Shown: in pieces, positions 57,981-64,000 of the stretch
Layout: each line of letters starts with the position of its first letter
Position numbering within the stretch: the stretch's first letter is position 1
Source of the DNA: the human T2T-CHM13v2.0 reference genome, Homo sapiens
Direction: 5' to 3' (one strand)
Assembly (NCBI RefSeq): GCF_009914755.1
Contig: NC_060926.1
Length of the DNA stretch: 64,000 nucleotides
Made by a program: the position numbers and the translations under genes
The notes under the pieces: generated by a model
Told to the model about the DNA's origin: nothing
The model's database searches: none
The model's input: only the letters and a program-made list of their open reading frames with translations

Positions 57981-59619
57981 TATAGCAGTGTCACATGCTG
58001 TGGCTCCTGAATGAACACTTGTCATGGAGAGAAACAGAACTGCAGTGAATGCAAATGTGGTGAACCAGAGACTATGCAGAAAGAGAACAAATGGAAGTGC
58101 TTACTCTGAAAGAAAAGTAGCTTTGTATTACTAATTCAGCTTTTAAAGTATTATATACTATGAATAGCCTGATTAAATGTAAATTAGTAGCAAAGTAAAA
58201 AACAGAAGGCTTCCCCAATTACTGCTCAAATCATAAGTATAAGGTCATTGTGGTAAGCCCTGACATTTCTGGCCTTGGCATTTTGCTACTGCAAATGTAA
58301 TTGAGACTTGAAACAGCCCAACCATGAACCATGTGAACCCAATATCAAAATCCACCTTACTGTCCCAGTTACAAGGAAAGAAATAATGGAGAAGAGACAG
58401 TTGTTATGTTGGGTTCTTAATTTCTGCGTTGATATGAGCACAAAATCACAAATCTCCAAAGACATAATTTTTAGGCTTTCAAAAATTTGGAAGATTATTG
58501 AACTATGATCTTATCAATTTACTTCCCACCATTGAGGATTCCTGATTTTCTGTATATTAGAAGAAAACAAAATTAGGAATAATAAAGCCAAAATAAGACT
58601 AACACCAATTTTTATAGGTATACTAGGTACTTTGGAAGTTCTGGACTTTTAGTTTCTCACTCAACCCAAAATTATACTTTTAGTCAATCTAGTGAAAGAG
58701 TTGCATACAGTAAAAGTTGATCTAGTCAGAGTGAACCCAAGACTTTAGTCTGATGGTTGGAAGACAAAAGCTCTCTTTCTGGGGGTAGCCCTGAGAGTTA
58801 TTAGTAGTCATGATACAACCTCAAAGGGAGTCAGCCTTAGGATAAAGTTAACATGTGGAAAGCATTGAGGAGAAACAGGTAAAAGGAAGCATACTGAGCT
58901 ATTACAGCAAGCCTCACCTGTCTCTGTAATTTTCAGATATACCTGTACATGACCAATAAACTCTGTGTATTGTTTAAGCCACTTCAGCTGGGGTTTCTGT
59001 TACAGATAACTATAAGCATCATAACTTCTACAGTGATCTTTGTATTGAGCACTTTTATTATATTACACTGATGTCTGCATGTCTTTGCCTTCACTAGAAT
59101 ACAAAGTCCTCTAGGATAGCATTATGTCTTCATCATCTTTGTACCCCTAGTACCAAAGATGTGATCAATAAAGAACTGTTGACTGAATCAATCTACAGCA
59201 CCACATAATTCCTTTCTATGATGACTGTAAATCCAGAATATCAGCTTTTGGTTTAATTTCATCCAATTGTTAGCATGTTTTATATAATTAATTGCCTACA
59301 TATTATTCCTTTTATTTCTAATAGAATGTATTAGTGGCTTTAGGTTTTCAACTGCAGCCTTCCCATGAAATACTACTGATCCAAAGTGTATCATTTTGTA
59401 CTATTAAGTCAACTCTATGTGATTGTGAGAATGGTCAAATTAAATTCAACATTTTTGTGGGAAAAAAATTCAAAGAAAAATTCCACATACTCGATTTTTA
59501 AAGGTAAATAAAAAATGTAGATTTGGGTAAGAAAAAAGTAGAGTTTAATACATTAATAATCCAAAGGATTTAAAGAACTTTGTTCAAGGCTCATGAGAAA
59601 TACATTATAAAGATAGGCC

Positions 59620-61759
59620 TCCTATCACGAGTAGAGCAGCAGAGGGTAACTGCCCCCATGATTCAATTACCTCCCACTGGGTCCTCCCACAACCCATGGG
59701 GATTATGGGAACTACAATTCAAGATGAGACATGCGTGGTGACACAACCAAACTACATCATTCCACTCCTGGCCCCTCCCAAATCTCATGTCCTCACATTT
59801 CAAGTCACAATCATGTCTTTCCAACAGTCCCCCAAAGTCTTAGTTCACTCCAGCATCAACCCAAAAGTCCAAGTCCAAAGTCTCATCTGAGACAAGGCAA
59901 GTCCCTTCTACCTATGAGCCTGTAAAATCAAAAGCAAGTGAGTTACTTTCTAGATACAGTGGTGGTACAGGCATTGGGTAAATACAGCTGTTCCAATGGG
60001 AGAAACTGGCCAAAACAAAGGGACTACAGGCCCCTTGCAAGTCTGAAATCCAACAGGATAGTCATTAAATCTTAAAGTTTAATGACTACCAACAGGGTAG
60101 TCATTAAATCTTAAAGTTCCAAAATGACCTCTTTTGACTCCATGTCTCACATCCAGGTCATGCTGATAACAAGAGGTGGACTCCCATGGCCTTGGGCAGC
60201 TCCAACCCTGTAGCTTTGCAGGGTACAGCTCCCCTCCTGGCTGCTTTCACAGGCTGGTATTAAGTGTCTCCAGCTTTTCCAGGCACACAGTGCAAGCTGT
60301 CAGTGCATCTACCATTCTGAGATCCAGAGGACAGTGACCACCTTCTCACAGTTCCACTAGGCAGTGCTGCAGTGGGAACTCTGTGTGGGGGCTCCAACCC
60401 CATGTTTCCCTTCTGCACTGCCCTAGCAGAACCACGAGGGCTCCACCCTTGCAGCAAACTTCTGTCTGGACATCCAGGTATTTCCATATATCCTTGGAAA
60501 TCTAGCCAGAGGTTCTCAAACCTCAGTTCTTGGTTTCTGTGCACCTGTGGGCTCAATACCACGTGGAAGCTGCCAGGCTTGGGGCTTGCACCCTCTGAGG
60601 CAATGGCCTGAGCTATACGTTGGCCCCTTTTAGCCACGGCTGGAGCGGCTAGGATGCAGAGCACCAAGTCCCTAGGCTGCACACAGCAGGGGGAGCCCTG
60701 GGCCTGGCCCACAGTACCATTTTTTCCTCCTAAGCCTCCAGGGCTGTGATGGGAGGGGTTGCTGCAAAAGTCTCTGAAATGCCCTGGAGACATGTTCCCC
60801 TTGTCTTAGTGATTAACATTTGGCTCCTTGTTACTTATGTAAATTTCTGCAGCAGGTTTGAATTTCTCCTGAGGAAAATGAGGTTTTCTTTTCTATCGCA
60901 TTGTTGGGCTGCAAATTTTCCAAACTTTTATGCTCTGCTTCCTCTTGAACGCTTGGCTCCTTAGAAATTTCTTCCACCAGATACCCTAATCATCTCTCTC
61001 AAGTTCAAAGCTCCATAGATCTCTAGGGCAGGGGCAAAATGCCGCCACTCTCTTTGCTAAAGCCTAACAAGAGTCACTTCTGCTCTAGTTCCCAACAGGT
61101 TCCTCATCTCCATCTGACAGCACCTCAGTCTGGACTTTATTGTCCATATCACTATCAGCATTTTGATCAAAGCCATTCAACATGTTTCTAGAAAGTTCCA
61201 AATGTTCCCACATCTTTCTGTCTTCTGAGCCCTACAAGTCTCTCGGAACTTCCAAACTTTTCCACATTTTCTTTTCTTCTTCTGAGCCCTCCAAACTGTT
61301 CCAACCTCTGCCTGTTACCCAATTCCAAAGTTGCTTCCAGATTTTCAGGTATCTTTACAGCAGCACCCCACTCCTGGTACCAATTTACTGTACTAGTCCA
61401 TTCTCGTGCTGCTAATAAAGACCTACCAAAGACTGGGTAATTTATAAAGGAAAAGGGTTTAACTGACTCACAGTGTGGCATGGCTGGGGAGGGCTCAGTA
61501 AACTTACAATCATGGCAGAGGGGGAAGCAAACACATCCTTCTTCACATGGTGGCAGGTGGAAGAAGTATGGGCAAAAGGGGGAAAAGCCACTTATAAAAC
61601 CATCAGATCTCATGAGAACTCACTATCACGAGAACAGCAGCAGGGGGTAACTGCCCCCCATGATGCAATTACCTCCCACAAAGTCCCTCCCATAACATGT
61701 GGGGATTATGGGAATGACTCAAAATGAGATTTGGGTGGGAACACAGCTAAACTATATCA
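59620..61759 (-). mobile_element. THE1/MST MaLR provirus: 5' LTR ~61389-61759, internal, truncated 3' LTR ~59620-59760
   Basis: LTR tgatat start at 61759, internal start (rc of ggtaccaatttactg), second partial LTR. Confidence 0.92.
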
Positions 61760-63056
61760 ACAATCAAAACAATAACAGCTTAAAGATGAACCCTGAAAAG
61801 GTCCCTTATTTCTGTCACATTAAGTCCATACTTTGCTGCTGGCCTTGTCTACATATCTAGCACAGTGTCACTATTAAGGATATGCACTTTGAAATCAGAA
61901 TATCTAATTATAAAACTTGGTTTCACAACTTACTAGTTGTATCATCTCAGGCAAATCTGTCTGTCTCTGCCTCCCGTTTCTCTTCTGTTTCTTTCTTTCT
62001 CTCTGTTTCCCTCTCTCTCCCACACCCTTTTGTCTCTACATTATAGCAATTATATCACGTTTTATGTAATAATATGATATTATAATAATATACATTATAG
62101 CAACTACCCATAGTCACAATTCTATGCCCCCTTACTCTATTTTTCCCCATGTACCACACTTAACATATTATATGTTTACTTATATGTGTGTTTCCCTAGC
62201 ACATTAGACTCTTTCAATATAAATGAATTAATGAATTATTCTAAAGGTAATAACCAATTGAAACCCAAAAGAAAAAAAAATAAGGCGGTATAAACAGTAG
62301 AAATACAAAATTTTCATTATTTACTATATATGACTGTGCTCTTGGACAACAAACACTTGAAAAAAAGGCAGAAACAATTTTTTAAAATCCTTCAATAACA
62401 TATTAGAATATGTCAAATTAAATTGTGTACCTAAGAATAAGCTTTAAAACCCATAGGCTCCATACAAAGTTTAAACTTGCCTTTAAAATCTTTAAAATGA
62501 TTATTTAAACATTATTTAAACTACATTTTATTTAAATATTAAATATTTAATTTAATATTATTAAATTATCATTTAAAACAGAATCTGCTCTGTTGTTAGT
62601 TTTCATGTTAAATAGCTGTTTGATACTGCAAGTAATTATTTCATTATAATGACATCTGTCAAGATGCTTCTGGAAAACCATGTTAGCTTATGAGAGTCAT
62701 GAAGATGTTAAACATGTAGAAGACAGAAATAAAGATGACAAAAGGAAAATAAGAAAACAAAGTATTCTGTGAGATAAAAGACCTGAAAAAAACAAAAGAC
62801 ACTTCCCTTCTGAATAGAAGAACTTACTATGGTAAAGACAGCAAGTACCTTATGAATTAATAACTGTATTAATGTAATTCCAATAAAAATGCCAGTTGAA
62901 TCCTGAAAAAATTATACTTAAATTCACCTGAAAAAAATAAACATGAAGGAACAGTTTTCTACTAGATATTACTTTGAAATAAGTAGCTCTTATTTAGAAT
63001 TGATACATCTGGAATAATTCTCATCCTTCTGATTCTTTATCCTGGATCATGTTAAA

Positions 63057-64000
63057 TGTCCTTTGGCCAGAAACAAGAAAAAGAAATAAAAGACATCCAA
63101 AGTGAAAAGGAAAAAGTAACATTATATTTGCTGGAAGATGACATGACATTGCATATAGAAAGCTCTAAAGATTCCACAAAAAAACTGTTAGCACTAATAA
63201 ACAAATTCAGCAAAGTTGCAGGATACAAAGTCAAATGCATTTATATACACTAACAACAATCTGAAAAGGAAATTAAGAAAATAATCCCAATTGCAACAGC
63301 ATCAAAAAGAATACCTAGTAATAGACTTAACCAAGGAGGAGGAAGACCTGTACTCTGAAAATTACAAAACGTTTAATTAGAAAAATAAATGTAAAGACAT
63401 GCCATGTTTATGGACTGAAAGAGCATTGTTAAAATGTTCGTACTACCCAATGCGATCTACAAATTCAATGTAATCTGGAGAACAAACAGCAACTTTTTTC
63501 TTTCAGAAATAGAAAAAACAATCCTAAAATTTAGATAGAACCACAAAGAACGCCAAATAGCCAAAACAATCTTGAGAAAAAAGAATAAAAGCTGGAGGTC
63601 TCACACTCCTGGTTTCAAAACATATTACAAAGCTACAGCAATCAAACAATATGGCACTGGCATAAAGACAGACATATAGACCAACGGAATAGAGAAAAGA
63701 AAACCCAAAATAAACACATGCATATAAGGTCAAATCCTCTTTCACAAGGATGCCAAGACTATGCAATGGGATAAAACAGTATTCAACAAAGGTGCTGGGA
63801 AAAACTGGATGGCAGCATGCAAAAGAATGACATTGGACGTTATCCTACATACACAAAAAATTCAGCTTTAATTTATTAAATACTTGAATATTAATTAAAT
63901 ACTTAAATGCAAGGCCTGAAACCATAAAACTCTTATAGAAAAACACAGGCCAAAACATTCATAATATTAGTCTTGGCAATTATTACTTGGATATGACATT
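63057..64000 (+). mobile_element. L1M ORF2 fragment (RT region), runs off window
   Basis: ORF 63056-63253 KEIKDIQ...LLEDDMTLHIE...LINKFSKVAGYK is a degenerate L1 RT FADD region. Confidence 0.92.

Noticed and set aside
60260-60793. 177-aa ORF, the longest in the track
   Set aside because: Lies wholly in the THE1/MST internal region; a decayed MaLR frame
61185-61295. Imperfect ~55-bp tandem duplication in the THE1 internal region
   Set aside because: Diverged and may be part of the subfamily consensus; cannot show it is locus-specific

Overview
Human/primate genomic DNA, AT-rich and repeat-dense. The whole window lies inside MAP4K3 (GLK, Ste20/GCK-I family kinase) on the minus strand. I traced 14 consecutive coding exons (probably exons 3-16), all GT-AG and phase-compatible, encoding about aa 52-393: most of the kinase domain plus the start of the linker. 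The rest of the gene lies outside both ends. The supplied ORF track misses every real exon; its ORFs are Alu/L1/LTR-derived or chance. The introns hold more than 20 Alus, L1 fragments, a complete HERV-K(HML-2) LTR5 solo LTR with 5-bp TSD, a MER85 piggyBac element with TTAA TSDs, a near-complete THE1/MST provirus, and MLT, MIR/L2, Tigger and hAT fossils. I cannot support a wholly new biological system. Best leads: (i) the MER85 + LTR5 cluster in intron 12, antisense to and pointing at the kinase exons; (ii) a candidate in-frame 45-nt cassette exon in intron 12; (iii) the weak-site 63-nt cassette exon carrying EEIYY; (iv) inverted Alu geometries and an AluY against a 3' splice site; (v) loss of both poly(A) signals in a sense-oriented THE1; (vi) several template-switch scars. 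Exon numbers, residue numbers and repeat subfamily names come from my recall of reference and consensus sequences and need RepeatMasker/annotation confirmation.
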